A stretch of DNA of 64,000 nucleotides from Centroscyllium fabricii. Lineage: Eukaryota. The position numbers were made by a program, and so were the translations under genes. Positions within the stretch are counted from its first letter, which is position 1. Each line of letters begins with the position of its first letter. The notes beneath the pieces were generated by a model that was given only the letters and a program-made list of their open reading frames with translations, had not been told where the DNA came from and made no database searches. Positions 22,470-33,570 of the stretch are shown in pieces. Location: positions 930,001-994,000 of the forward strand of contig JBNRSN020000118.1 of NCBI GenBank assembly GCA_051313645.2, given 5' to 3'.

Positions 22470-25400
22470 TTGTGCCAGGCCAGACTTCTTCTTCCCAGTG
22501 GATCCCAGACTCTCGCCACCTTTATTGACTCTGGAGCCGACGTTAACATTATTGATGAGGATCTTGTCACACAGTTGGAGATTGACCGGGTTCCACTGCC
22601 GCAGCCGGTTCCTGCCAACGTCCTCGACGGTCACCTCCTGGGAACGGTGACACATCAGACCTCACCGGTTCACATGCTTATGTCTGGTAATCATTATGAA
22701 AGTATTCAGTTTCATATCCTGAAATCACCTCGGCTTCCTTTGATTCTGGGACACACTTGGCTTCATCGCCACAACCCTCACATTGACTGGAACACGGGAA
22801 CTATTCTGGGGTGGAGTTCCTCCTGTCACCAGGTCTGTCTGAAACAGGTTACCGTCTCCCGACAGCCATTAACACCTCTTCCCGCTCCAGAACATTCGGT
22901 GGTCCCCACTGAATACCACGATTTTAGGGAGGTATTCAGCAAGGCTAGAGCCACGTCGCTGCCTCCACATCGCCCCTATGACTGCGCCATTGATCTGCTG
23001 CCAGGGTCTCTCCCACCCAAGGGATGCCTGTATTCCTTGTCTGCACCTGAGAGGGAGGCCATGGAAACGTACATCAGCGACTCTATGGCGGCGGGGATCA
23101 TCCGTTCCTCTTCATCACCTGCTGGGGCTGGATTCTTTTTTGTTGGTAAGAAGGACGGGTCGCTGCAACCATGCATTGACTACAGGGGTCTTAATGACAT
23201 CACGATAAAGAACCGGTATCCTCTTCCTCTCATCTCTTCTGCCTTTGAGTTGCTACAGGGGGCGATCATCTTTACCAAGCTTGACCTTCGTAACGCCTAT
23301 CACCTGGTCCGGATCCGAGAGGGCGATGAATGGAAGACAGCTTTCAACACTCCCTCTGTTCATTATGAATACCTCGTAATGCAGTTCGGGTTAACCAACG
23401 CCCCGGCGGTATTCCAAGCCTTGGTGAATGACGTGTTAAGAGATATGCTGAACCGGTTTGTGTTCGTTTACATGGACGACATTTTGATTTTCTCTAAGTC
23501 TCGTGAGGAGCATGTTCACCATGTCCAGACTGTCCTGCAACGGCTTCTTGAGAACTCGGTATTTGTGAAGGCAGAGAAGTGTGAGTTTCACGTCACTACC
23601 GTATCTTTCTTGGGGTACATCATTGCGCAGGGGAGCGTGCAGATGGATCCAGAGAAGGTGTCAGCTGTCGCGTCTTGGCCTATTCCAGAGACACGTAAAC
23701 AGCTACAGCAGTTCCTGGGGTTCGCTAACTTCTATCGAAGGTTCATTCGCGGCTACAGCATGGTAGCGGCCCCATTATCGGCCCTTACCTCCTCTAAGGT
23801 GCCGTTCCTGTGGTCTTCTGCAGCGGAGGAGGCTTTTCGAGGTCTCAGGTCCCGGTTCACCTCTGCTCCCATTCTCCAAGTGCCTGATCCGGATCAGCAG
23901 TTCGTGGTAGAGGTGGACACATCAGATGTTGGAGCAGGGGCTATTCTGTCCCAACATTCTGCTTCCAACCAAAAGCTACATCCCTGTGCCTATTTTTCTA
24001 AACACCTGTCCTCGGCTGAGATGAATTATGACATCAGGAACAAGGAGTTACTGGCGGTCAAGATGGCATTGGAGGAGTGGCGCCATTGGCTAGAGGGGAC
24101 CAAGCTGCCGTTCCTAGTCTGGCCAGACCATAAGAACCTCGAGTACATTCGTACGGCCAAGAGGCTGAATTCATGGCAGGCTAGGTGGTCCCTCTTCTTT
24201 ACCCGTTTCAACTTCACCCTCTCCTACCGGCCTGGTTCTCGCAATGTCAAGCCTGATGCTCTGTCCCGCCAGTTCCAGAAGGAGGAGAGTTCCGCTCCTG
24301 GATCTGACCTCATCCTTCCAGCTCCATGTCTGATTGCTGCCGTTATGTGGGAGATTGAGGAGAGGGTGAGATCAGCCGTGGAGAATCAGGCTGGACCCAG
24401 CGGTTGTCCTCCCGACCGTCTATTCATTCCCAGGGACCTTCGACCTGATGTTCTCCAGTGGGCCCATGCTTCCAAGCTTTCCTGCCATCCGGGGGCTCAA
24501 AGGATCAAGGAGGTTATACTGCGGAGGTTCTGGTGGGATACTCTGGAAGAAGACACCCGGGAGTTTGTCAACGCCTGCTCGGTCTGCAACCAACACAAGC
24601 CGTCTCATCGGGCTCCCGCTGGTCTTCTGCAACCTCTGCCTGTGCCACATCGTCCTTGGTCCCACATATCCTTGGACTTTGTTACCGGTCTGCCTCCATC
24701 CAAGGGACTAACCACTATCCTGACAGTGGTGGACAGATTCAGCAAGATGGCTCATTTCATACCTCTGCCTAAACTGCCCTCGGCGAAGGAGATGGCTGAA
24801 CTTATGCTGCAACATGTTTTCCGTCTTCTTGGTCTTCCTGTCGACGTAGTCTGTGATCGGGGCCCACAGTTTACGTCAGTATTCTGGAGGGAGTTCTGCA
24901 GGCTGATCAGGGCCACAGTCAGTCTGTCTTCAGGTTTTCATCCACAGTTCAACGGGCAGTCTGAACGCATGAAGCAAGAGATGGAGAAGGCCCTACGATG
25001 CATGGTCTCCCAGAATCCCTCTTCCTGGTCCCAGTTACTCCTCTGGGTAGAGTACGCCCACAACACCCTGACCAGTTCCGCCACCGGACTCTCCCCGTTC
25101 CAGTGCGCCTATGGGTTCCAGCCCCCATTGTTTCCGGACCTGGAGAGGGAGGTTTCCTGTCCGTCCGTCCAGTCATTTATTCATCATTGTCGCCGGACAT
25201 GGGCCCAGGCACGGACTTCGTTGCTTCGCTCAGCAGACCGCTACTCTGCTGCTGCCAACCGTCGTCGCTTGGAGGCTCCTAACTATCAGGCTGGTCAGAA
25301 GGTGTGGCTCTCCACTAAGGACCTGCCCCTCCAGGTGGAGTCTAAGAAGCTAGCTCCCAGGTTTATCGGTCCCTTCGAGATCCAGAAGGTCATCAACCCA

Positions 25401-25865
25401 GCGGCAGTGAGACTCAAGCTTCCTCGATCCATGCGTGTTCATCCCACTTTTCATGTGTCGCGGGTCAAACCTGCACGAGAGAGTACATTGGTGCCTGTTT
25501 CCAAGCCCCCTCCGCCTCCTCGTATGCTCGACGGGGGGTTGGTCTACACTGTTCGTCGCCTACTTCGCTCCCGTCGCCGAGGGAGAGGACTTCAGTACCT
25601 GGTGGACTGGGAGGGGTATGGTCCAGAGGAGAGGTCCTGGGTTCCTGCTCATCACATTGTTGATCCTCAGCTTATGGCCGACTTCCACAGAAGGCATCCC
25701 GACCAGCCAAGTAGGAGGACTGCGCCCCCTGGGGAGTCTGGGCAAAGGCCCAGTTCCGTGCATTCTCCTGAAACCCTGGACGAGGAGGTGCAATCCTCTG
25801 ATGAGGAGAACTCCCTTCATTCTAGTGATGAAATGGACGTGGATGAGGGTCCCGAGGAATATTAG
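22470..25865 (+). CDS. Element B pol (PR-RT-RNase H-integrase-chromodomain), -1 frame relative to gag
   Basis: [24 protein letters not shown], integrase HHCC and DDE region, GPF motif, and chromodomain YTVRRLL...[16 protein letters not shown]. An in-frame TGA at 22464-22466 lies between the presumed frameshift site and this ORF. Confidence 0.92.
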   Translation: MCQARLLLPSGSQTLATFIDSGADVNIIDEDLVTQLEIDRVPLPQPVPANVLDGHLLGTVTHQTSPVHMLMSGNHYESIQFHILKSPRLPLILGHTWLHRHNPHIDWNTGTILGWSSSCHQVCLKQVTVSRQPLTPLPAPEHSVVPTEYHDFREVFSKARATSLPPHRPYDCAIDLLPGSLPPKGCLYSLSAPEREAMETYISDSMAAGIIRSSSSPAGAGFFFVGKKDGSLQPCIDYRGLNDITIKNRYPLPLISSAFELLQGAIIFTKLDLRNAYHLVRIREGDEWKTAFNTPSVHYEYLVMQFGLTNAPAVFQALVNDVLRDMLNRFVFVYMDDILIFSKSREEHVHHVQTVLQRLLENSVFVKAEKCEFHVTTVSFLGYIIAQGSVQMDPEKVSAVASWPIPETRKQLQQFLGFANFYRRFIRGYSMVAAPLSALTSSKVPFLWSSAAEEAFRGLRSRFTSAPILQVPDPDQQFVVEVDTSDVGAGAILSQHSASNQKLHPCAYFSKHLSSAEMNYDIRNKELLAVKMALEEWRHWLEGTKLPFLVWPDHKNLEYIRTAKRLNSWQARWSLFFTRFNFTLSYRPGSRNVKPDALSRQFQKEESSAPGSDLILPAPCLIAAVMWEIEERVRSAVENQAGPSGCPPDRLFIPRDLRPDVLQWAHASKLSCHPGAQRIKEVILRRFWWDTLEEDTREFVNACSVCNQHKPSHRAPAGLLQPLPVPHRPWSHISLDFVTGLPPSKGLTTILTVVDRFSKMAHFIPLPKLPSAKEMAELMLQHVFRLLGLPVDVVCDRGPQFTSVFWREFCRLIRATVSLSSGFHPQFNGQSERMKQEMEKALRCMVSQNPSSWSQLLLWVEYAHNTLTSSATGLSPFQCAYGFQPPLFPDLEREVSCPSVQSFIHHCRRTWAQARTSLLRSADRYSAAANRRRLEAPNYQAGQKVWLSTKDLPLQVESKKLAPRFIGPFEIQKVINPAAVRLKLPRSMRVHPTFHVSRVKPARESTLVPVSKPPPPPRMLDGGLVYTVRRLLRSRRRGRGLQYLVDWEGYGPEERSWVPAHHIVDPQLMADFHRRHPDQPSRRTAPPGESGQRPSSVHSPETLDEEVQSSDEENSLHSSDEMDVDEGPEEY

Positions 25866-26535
25866 TCCCTCCTCCGCACTCCCTCCGCCCACCCGATTCC
25901 AGCATTTGGGGTTTGGGACGTCGGGAGCCGTCCCTTGAGGGTGGGGTTCTGTCATAGGTTGGCTCTTCCCCTTTAATTCATAGGTTGGCTCTTCCCCTTT
26001 AACTGGTTATCACCTTGTTAGCTATACTGCCCGCACCTGATTGAACAGCCCAGATTCACCAGTGATAAACAAGAGCTGTATATAAGCTCCTGCTTTCTAA
26101 CTAGTGGTTGCCAGATTGTTTGTTCTTTCTGACTGTGATACCTGTGTGTAGTTCTAGCTCTCTGATCCTGCCTGTTCAAGATACTGACCTGCTTTCTGGA
26201 ATTTGGATTCTCTTCTGCCTCGTTTTTGGATTTGTCGCTCTCGTGGACGGACTACATGTTATTGAACTGTTTCTGGAATTTGGATTCTCTTCTGCCTGAC
26301 CTCGTTTTGGATTTGTTGCTCTCGTGGATGGACTACATGGTATTGAACTGTTTTTGGTATTTGGATTCTCTTCTGCCTGACCTCTATTTTGGACTTGTTG
26401 CCTCCGTGAACTTTCTGCCGATATATTGACCCACTGTTACCTATGTCTTCTACTGCTCAGAAATAAAGGAGTTTACTTCTACGTGGCTGTTTCGGTGTAT
26501 TGCATTTGGGCCCAACCTACAACCGTTACAACACT

Positions 26536-27721
26536 TGGCCAAAATCGCACATGGCCCCGCGGCCACCGCAGTCTGCTGCGACGTTTCCTTACCGCAGCCC
26601 AGACCCGTCGTCCCCCACGCATGGACCCTCCATGGCCTGTCCCACCCCGGCACCCGCACTTCCATCAAACTAATTTCGGTCCGTTTCGTGTGGCGCGGCC
26701 TACGCAAAGACGTCTGCGCCTGGACCAACGCCTGCATTGCCTGCCAGCGCGCCAAGGTGCACAAGCACATCAGGGCACCGCTGGAAACTTTCACCATGCC
26801 GGCCAGACGCTTCGACCATGTCCATGTCGATCTCGTCGGACCACTAATACCATCCCGGGGCCACACACACGTCATGACCATGGTCGACCGCAACACTCGC
26901 TGGCCAGAAGCAGTCCCCCTCGTTGCTACCAGCACCATAGACTTGGCCAGGGCGTTCATCGCCAGCTGGGTCGCCCGTTTCGGCATGCCCACCGACATCC
27001 TGTCGGACAGAGGGCCCCAATTTACGTCGGCACTATGGGCAGTGACCTCGGGGTAACCCTACATCGAACCACCGCATACCACCCACAATCTAATGAGTTC
27101 TGCGAATGGTTCCACCGCTCCATGAAAGCATCCCTGTGGGCCAGCCTCAAAGACGCATCATGGACCGACCGTCTTCCGTGGGTACTGCTCGGGCTGTGCT
27201 CGGCGGCCAAAGAAGATCTACACGCCTCAGCAGCAGAACTCGTCTACGGCCAAACTTTAACAGTGCCGGGCGAGTTCCTCGCTGAGCCAAATGCTCCCTG
27301 GTCGGCCGACCAGTTCCTCAAGGACTTCGCCAACCCGGCACGAGTGTTGAAACCCTTACCGGTAGCCCGGCACGGAGAGCCGGCAGCACGTGTACCGGAC
27401 AGCATCAAAAAGGCGAAGTACGTGTTTGTCCGGCATGATGCCCATCGCTCACCACTACAGCCAACTTATGACAGCCCCTACAGAGGGCTTCGGGCGGGAC
27501 CAAAAGCTTTTCAGCTACAGCTGGGCAATCGGACAGAAACTGTCTCTATAGACCGGCTAAAACCGGCACACGTTATAGCGGGCGATGCAACAGTCCCCAC
27601 CCAACCACCTCAACGTGGACGCCCTCCCGCACCAACACCCGCCCACACTCCACCACAGAACAAGCAGCCACGCACGACACGTGCCGGCCGTATCTTACGG
27701 CCACCACAACGCCTCACATAG
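26536..27721 (+). pseudogene. Element A integrase, resuming after B and frameshifted near 27040
   Basis: HGLSHPG..CIACQ and HVDLVGP..SDRGPQF. Collinear with the integrases of C and D but with small deletions. Confidence 0.9.
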
Positions 27722-28578
27722 ACTCTTTCTCCTCTCGGACGGATTCTGGGGGGGAGCTGTGTGGTGGCACACCAAGACTGGCAAATCCACCTCTGGAGTC
27801 TGCGGGGCATAGCCCCGCCCACCGGGTGACGCGATGACGTCACCACGTCTTTCGGCGTGATGAGGTCACTAAGCGGTGTAGCGCCGGCAAGGCCTAGGAA
27901 CCACGCGTGAGCCAGGGAGGCAGAAAAAACACTTGTTTAATGCATCACAGTAACACAAGAAGAGAGTGAACTAGGCAGATACCCACTTATTATAAATATC
28001 CAAAAAAGAATATAAATTTTTTGGAATCACCTTAAATCTAGTCCCCCAGACTCCCTCCAGTTTAAAGCCCTCCAAACCCAAGAGCGGAACCCAGAAAAGA
28101 GTCCCCTGTGTCAGTTGGTACTGAGACTAACTACCCCTACTCAGTCAAACCTTGACCAGTCTCAGATCAACACTGCTTTCCAAACATCAATTAGAGTGAA
28201 TCAAATCATCAAAAAATGCAAAGAAACATATTTGGAACATTGGGAAAAAGCAACCAAAAACCAAAGCAGACTAGAATGCTACCGTGCCCTAGAAAGAGAT
28301 TATAAATTGGCAGACTATCTTTCAACTGTCAGAAATATAAAGCAGAGACAGACACTCACCAGGTACAGACTAAGTGACCACCAGTTGGCAGTCGAAAAAG
28401 GAAGACAGAAGAAATCCTGGCAGCCAAGAGAAAATAGAATATGCGGTCACTGCTTGACAGATGAGGTTGAAACAGAGATGCACTTCCTCCTAAAATGCAA
28501 AAAATTCGACAAAACAAGGAAAACATACTTTGACAAACTAAGCCTAGAAATCCCAGATTTCAAAGAATTAGATGATAC

Positions 28579-31500
28579 TGTGGCAGCACACCCGCTGGGA
28601 GATCGAATCCGCCGACGGGGCTCCGCGGAGCACAGCCCGCTCATCCGGATGATGCGACTATGTCACCACGTCGGCGGACGTGATGACATCACCAACGGCG
28701 GGACGGTTTGAATATGTTTGTACTCAGTAGTTCTGCCTCTTCCTTGTTTAACTCTGTTCAGTAAAGACGTGTTTTCTCTTAGCTCTGGCTCCATGTAGTT
28801 TCTAAAGGCCTGCGGCACAACAGTGGTGACCTCGATAACTGGAACGAATTCCAGTAAAGAAAAAAAGCTGCCACAGAATTGGGGAACTCCAGCCAAGGAC
28901 TTTTTTTATGAAAACATGCCCAACACAAGGAACCAAGCTCCACGATCACAAGGAGCTGGACAGAGCACCGGGCGCGGACTTGTTTTGCCCGAGTTCTGGG
29001 AGCAACAGCCAGCAGCCTGGTTTAGCTGCATAAAAGCCAGCTGCCGTTCAAATGGCATCAACGGGGACAACCGCTACGACTTGGTGTTCACAGCCCTGCC
29101 ACAAACGACCATCGATAGGATGTGGTCAAAGATCCAGCGCGTGCCCTCTGCAGGCAGGTATGAAACGCTTAAGGCCGCGCTAATTAAGAAGTTTACCCCT
29201 TCCCAGTTTGAGCGCGACTGCCAACTCCTCGATCTCCCCGAACTCGGGGACGCAGACCCATCGGACCTCCTAGGTCAGATGCAGGCGCTCACTCCCGATC
29301 CTGCCACCCTATTTCACACAGTCTTCCTCCTCAAATTGCCCCACGCCATCAGACCGGCCTTGGCGGCCCTAGCCCATCGCAGCGACGATGAACTCGGCGA
29401 GGAAGCCGACAGGCTGATGGCAGCGCAGCGCACCAGCTCCACCACGTGCGTCCCTAACTCGGCATCGGTAGAGCGCAGCTATTCATCCCCCAGGCACAAT
29501 TTTACGCCTGAACCTAGGGCCCCGCGCCCGCCTAGACAACCACATCCCTCTAGCACCGGCTGGTGCTACTATCACACGCGGTTTGAGCACAAAGCGCACC
29601 GCTGCGTACAGCCATGCGCGTTTAAACCCAGACCCAACTCAGCCTCCACCATGTCTGTAGGCCACACAGGAGCACTGCTCTTCGCCACAGACAGCGGTAC
29701 CGGCCTCAGGTTTCTCTGCGACACAGGCGCGCAGCACAGCATCGTGCCAGCCTCCCCTGCAGAAACCAAACGAGGCACCCGGGGCCCGCCACTAGCGGCA
29801 GCCAACGGGTCCAATATAAAAACGTACGGCACCCGCAAGCTTACTATAACCCTTGCAAGCCACACGTACACCTGGGAGTTTGTAACGGCCCAGGTCACCT
29901 CTCCCCTCCTCGGGGCAGACTTCCTCTGCACCAACGGCCTACTGGTCGATGTAACTCGGCGCCGCCTGGTGAATTTAAACACCATGACGACCATCCCATG
30001 TTCCACAGGGCCTGCACTCCTGGCCCATGCGGCAGCCCAATGCCGCTCCAGGGACCCCGATGCCTACGGCACGCTCCTGGCGGAATTCCCTGCCCTTACC
30101 AACCCCACGTTCACTGCCCGCAAGGCCAAACACGGGGTGGAACACTTTATAACGACCACAGGTCCTCCTGTCCATGCACACGCCCGTAGGCTCGACCCAG
30201 CCAAGCTGGAGATCGCAATCACCGAGTTCCGCACTATGGAACAACTCGGTATAATCCGCCGCTCCAGCAGCCCCTGGTTCTCTCCGCTCCACATAGCCCC
30301 CAAGCCCGACGGAGGTTGGCGCACCTGCGGCGACTACCGCCGCCTCAACAACGCCACCACCCCAGATAGGTACCCCGTACCCCACATCCAGGATTTTTCC
30401 GCCAGATTGGCAGGGCGCACGATCTTTTCTAAGATCGACCTGGTGCGTGGCTACCACCAGGTGCCCGTACACCCAGCGGACATTCCCAAAACGGCCGTAA
30501 TTACCCCCTTTGGACTCTTCGAGTTTCTGAGGATGCCCTTCGGCCTTAAAAATGCGGCCCAGGCCTTCCAGCGCCTCATGGACTCAGTCCTACGGGACTT
30601 GAAGTTCATTTTCATCTATTTAGACGACATTCTCGTGGCCAGCACCTCCCCGCAGGAACACCTCCTGCACCTCAGGACCCTGTTCCAGCGCCTCACCGAA
30701 CACGGCCTTATCCTAAGCCCCATCAAATGCAAATTCGGCCTCGAGACCATCGACTTCCTCGGACACCGCATTTCCCAAGCAGGGGCCCTACCCCTGCCCT
30801 CTAAGGCACAGGCGGTACAAGAATTCCCCCGCCCGCACTCTATTAAAGGGCTGCAGGAATTCTTAGGCATGGTTAATTTTTATAACCGCTTCATCCCGGG
30901 AGCAGCCGCTCTCATGGCCCCCTTATACCAGGCCACCCGCGGGCAGTCCAACAAGGCTGCGGTCGAGTGGACGGCCGACGCCGCCACCGCCTTCACCGCA
31001 ACTAAAACCACCCTGGCAAACGCCACCCTCCTAGCCCACCCTAGGCCCAACGCCAGAGTAGCCCTTACCACCGACGCCTCCGACTACGCGGTCGGGGCCA
31101 TTTTTGAGCAGTGGACCGGCAACGCTGTCGGCAACCCCTGGCCTTTTTCAGCCGGCAACTCCGGCCCCCAGAGGTAAAATACAGCGCCTTTGATAGGGAG
31201 CTACTGGCTCTCCATCTGGCGGTGCGACATTTTCATTTCCTCCTGGAGGGCCGACACTTTACAGCCTTCACCGACCACAAGCCACTCACGTTTGCGATGG
31301 CTAAGGCCGCTGAACCCTGGTCGGCCAGGCAGCAGCGCCAAATCACGGCCGTGTAGTAATTTACAACCGACATTCAACACATTTCCGGCCGCGACAACGT
31401 GGTCGCTGACTGCCTTTCACGCCCCACCATCAACGCCGCCCAAATGGCAGTTGATTACGCCCAACTGGCCGCGGACCAGTTGGCCGACCCCGACCTACTC

Positions 31501-33032
31501 AACGCGGCCACTAAACTTCCTGGCCTACGCTTGGCCAATGTCGCGCACGGCCCCGCTGCCACCGTCGTTTGCTGCGATGTTTCGTTATCGCAACCCAGGC
31601 CCGTCGTACACCTCGCTTGGAGGGAACGAATCTTTAAGACCCTCCACGACCTGTCCCACCCCGGCGTCCGCGCATCCACTAAACTCATATTGGCCCGTTT
31701 TGTATGGCGCGGCCTGCGCAAAGATGTCCGCGCCTGGGCCACCTCCTGCATAGCCTGCCAGCGCTCCAAAGTGCACAAGCACATCAGGGCACCGCTGGAA
31801 AATTTTAAGGTACCGGCCAGACGCTTTGACCACGTCCATATTGACCTCGTCGGGCCACTACCAGCATCTCGCGGCCACACGCACCTACTGACCATGGTCG
31901 ACCGCAACACTCGCTGGCCTGAAGCAGTTCCCCTCACTGCCACCAACACCGCGGACCTGGCCAGGGCGTTCATCGCCACATGGGTCGCCCGATTCGGCGT
32001 GCCCACAGACATCACCTCCGACAGAGGACCCAAGTTTACGTCGACACTATGGGCGGCCATCGCCCGCGACCTTGGGGTGACACTACACAGGACCACCGCA
32101 TACCATCCACAGGCGAACGGCCTATGCGAACGGTTCCACCGCTCAATGAAGGCATCACTTCGGGCCACGCTGAAAGACGCTTCATGGACCGACCGCCTTC
32201 CATGGGTCCTCCTCGGGCTGCGCTCGGCAGTCAAAGAGGACCTCAACGCCTCAGCAGCAGAGCTCGTCTACGGCCAGGCTTTAACGGTACTGGGTGAATT
32301 TCTGGCTGAGGCCAATGCCCCCTGGTCAGCAGACCAGTATTTAAAGGACTGGGCAAACCCGGCACGAGCTTTTCAACCACTACCAGTGGCCCGGCATGGA
32401 GAGCCGGCAGCTCGGGTGCCAGAAGACATCAAAAACGCCAAATGGGTGTTCATCCAGCGAGACGGGCACCGAGCCACTTTACAGCCACCTTACGATGGCC
32501 CATATAGAGTGCTTCGGGCGGGAGATAAGACTTTTGAATTACAAATGGGCAAAAGGACTGAAACGGTAACAATAGACCAGCTCAAGCCGGCACATGTGAC
32601 AGCGGGCGAGACCACGGTCCCCGCACAACCACCACAACGCAGTCGCCCTCCCGCACCAAAACCCACCCACACTCCAATGCAGAACCAGAAGCAGCTAGCA
32701 ACACAGTCCGGCCGCATCATCCGACCGCCCCAACGGCACACATAAACATTTTGCACTATTACTCCCTGACGGATTCTGGGGGGAGCTGTGTGGCGGCACA
32801 CCCGCTGGGAGATCGAATCCGCCGACGGGGCTCCGCGGAGCACAGCCCGCTCATCTGGGTGATGCGACTATGTCACCACGTCGGCGGACGTGATGACGTC
32901 ACCAACGGCGGGATGGTTTGAATATGTTTGTACTCAGTAGTTCTGCCTCTTCCTTGTTTAACTCTGTTCAGTAAAGACGTGTTTTCTCTTAGCTCTGGCT
33001 CCGTGTAGTTTCTCAAGGACTGCGGCACAACA
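28579..33032 (+). mobile_element. Gypsy element D (CsRn1-type), full length, inserted in the LINE
   Basis: LTRs 28579-28822 and 32789-33032 (244 bp), TSD ATAC (28575-28578 and 33033-33036), PBS TGGTGACCTCGA at 28824-28835, polypurine tract before 32789. Confidence 0.96.
28916..32745 (+). pseudogene. Element D gag-pol
   Basis: CHCC gag motif, CDTGA, YLDD, TDASD and integrase. Frameshift near 31125-31130 and tandem stops TAG TAA at 31354-31359. Confidence 0.92.
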
Positions 33033-33570
33033 ATACCTTAAAACTAAAAATAATCCTTGGCGAGGGAGATAGGGCACAGCTTGGTGCACAATACGTAACA
33101 GCATGCCACAACCTGAGGGACAGTGAATGACCAACATGCACACATGCACGCACACACAGGCAGAGAATGACCAACACTGACTGTTATACTGTTTGAAACT
33201 ACATTTAAACTATATATCTATTGATATTATTATGGATGCGGTTGTATATATTCTGTTAGTACTGTTGTTATTACGTCTACTAATGTATTATTTTTATGTA
33301 TATTACAATGCTTTGGCAACAACGGTTGATACCATTCATGCCAATAAAGCTATTTGAATTTGAATTTGAATTAGTGAACCACTCGAAACAGGCTTATTTA
33401 AACGGCCCGCCGTTTGTGATGTCATCACGCCGGAAGTCGAGGTGACGTCATCGCGTCACCCGATGGGCGGGGCCATGCCCTGCAGTGTTCCCGAAGCGGA
33501 TTCGGTGTCCTAGTGGGCGTGCCGCCACACAGCTCCCCCCCAGAATCTGTCCGGGAGAACAAAAAAGAGT

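Larger units (their letters stand above)
20842..26530 (+). mobile_element. Chromovirus (Tf1/sushi group) LTR retrotransposon B
   Basis: LTRs 20842-21427 and 25950-26530 (TGT...ACA). 5-bp TSD ACGCT/ACACT (20837-20841 and 26531-26535). Polypurine tract GAGGGTGGGG before 25950. TATATAA at 20971. Confidence 0.96.
27972..33372 (+). mobile_element. 5'-truncated LINE (RTEX-like; pieces 27972-28578 and 33037-33372) inserted in the 3' LTR of C
   Basis: Peptide LGRYPL...RYRLSDHQLAVEKGR...RICGHC..EVETEMHFLLKC, AATAAA plus a (TTTGAA)n tail, and 7-bp TSD AGTGAAC (27965-27971 and 33373-33379). Clade assignment is from motif memory. Confidence 0.82.

Noticed and set aside
21445-25865. Domesticated sushi-derived gene (PEG10/RTL1-like)
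   Set aside because: It retains both LTRs, a TSD, integrase and chromodomain and carries nonsense mutations, so it is an ordinary recent insertion.
31354-31359. Programmed read-through at TAG TAA in element D
   Set aside because: Paralogues A and C have TCG GAG (Ser-Glu) here, within RNase H, so these are copy-specific nonsense mutations.
31455-32246. Antisense ORFs over the Gypsy pol regions
   Set aside because: These are expected shadows of GC-rich coding sequence, with no recognisable domains and inconsistent lengths among A, C and D.
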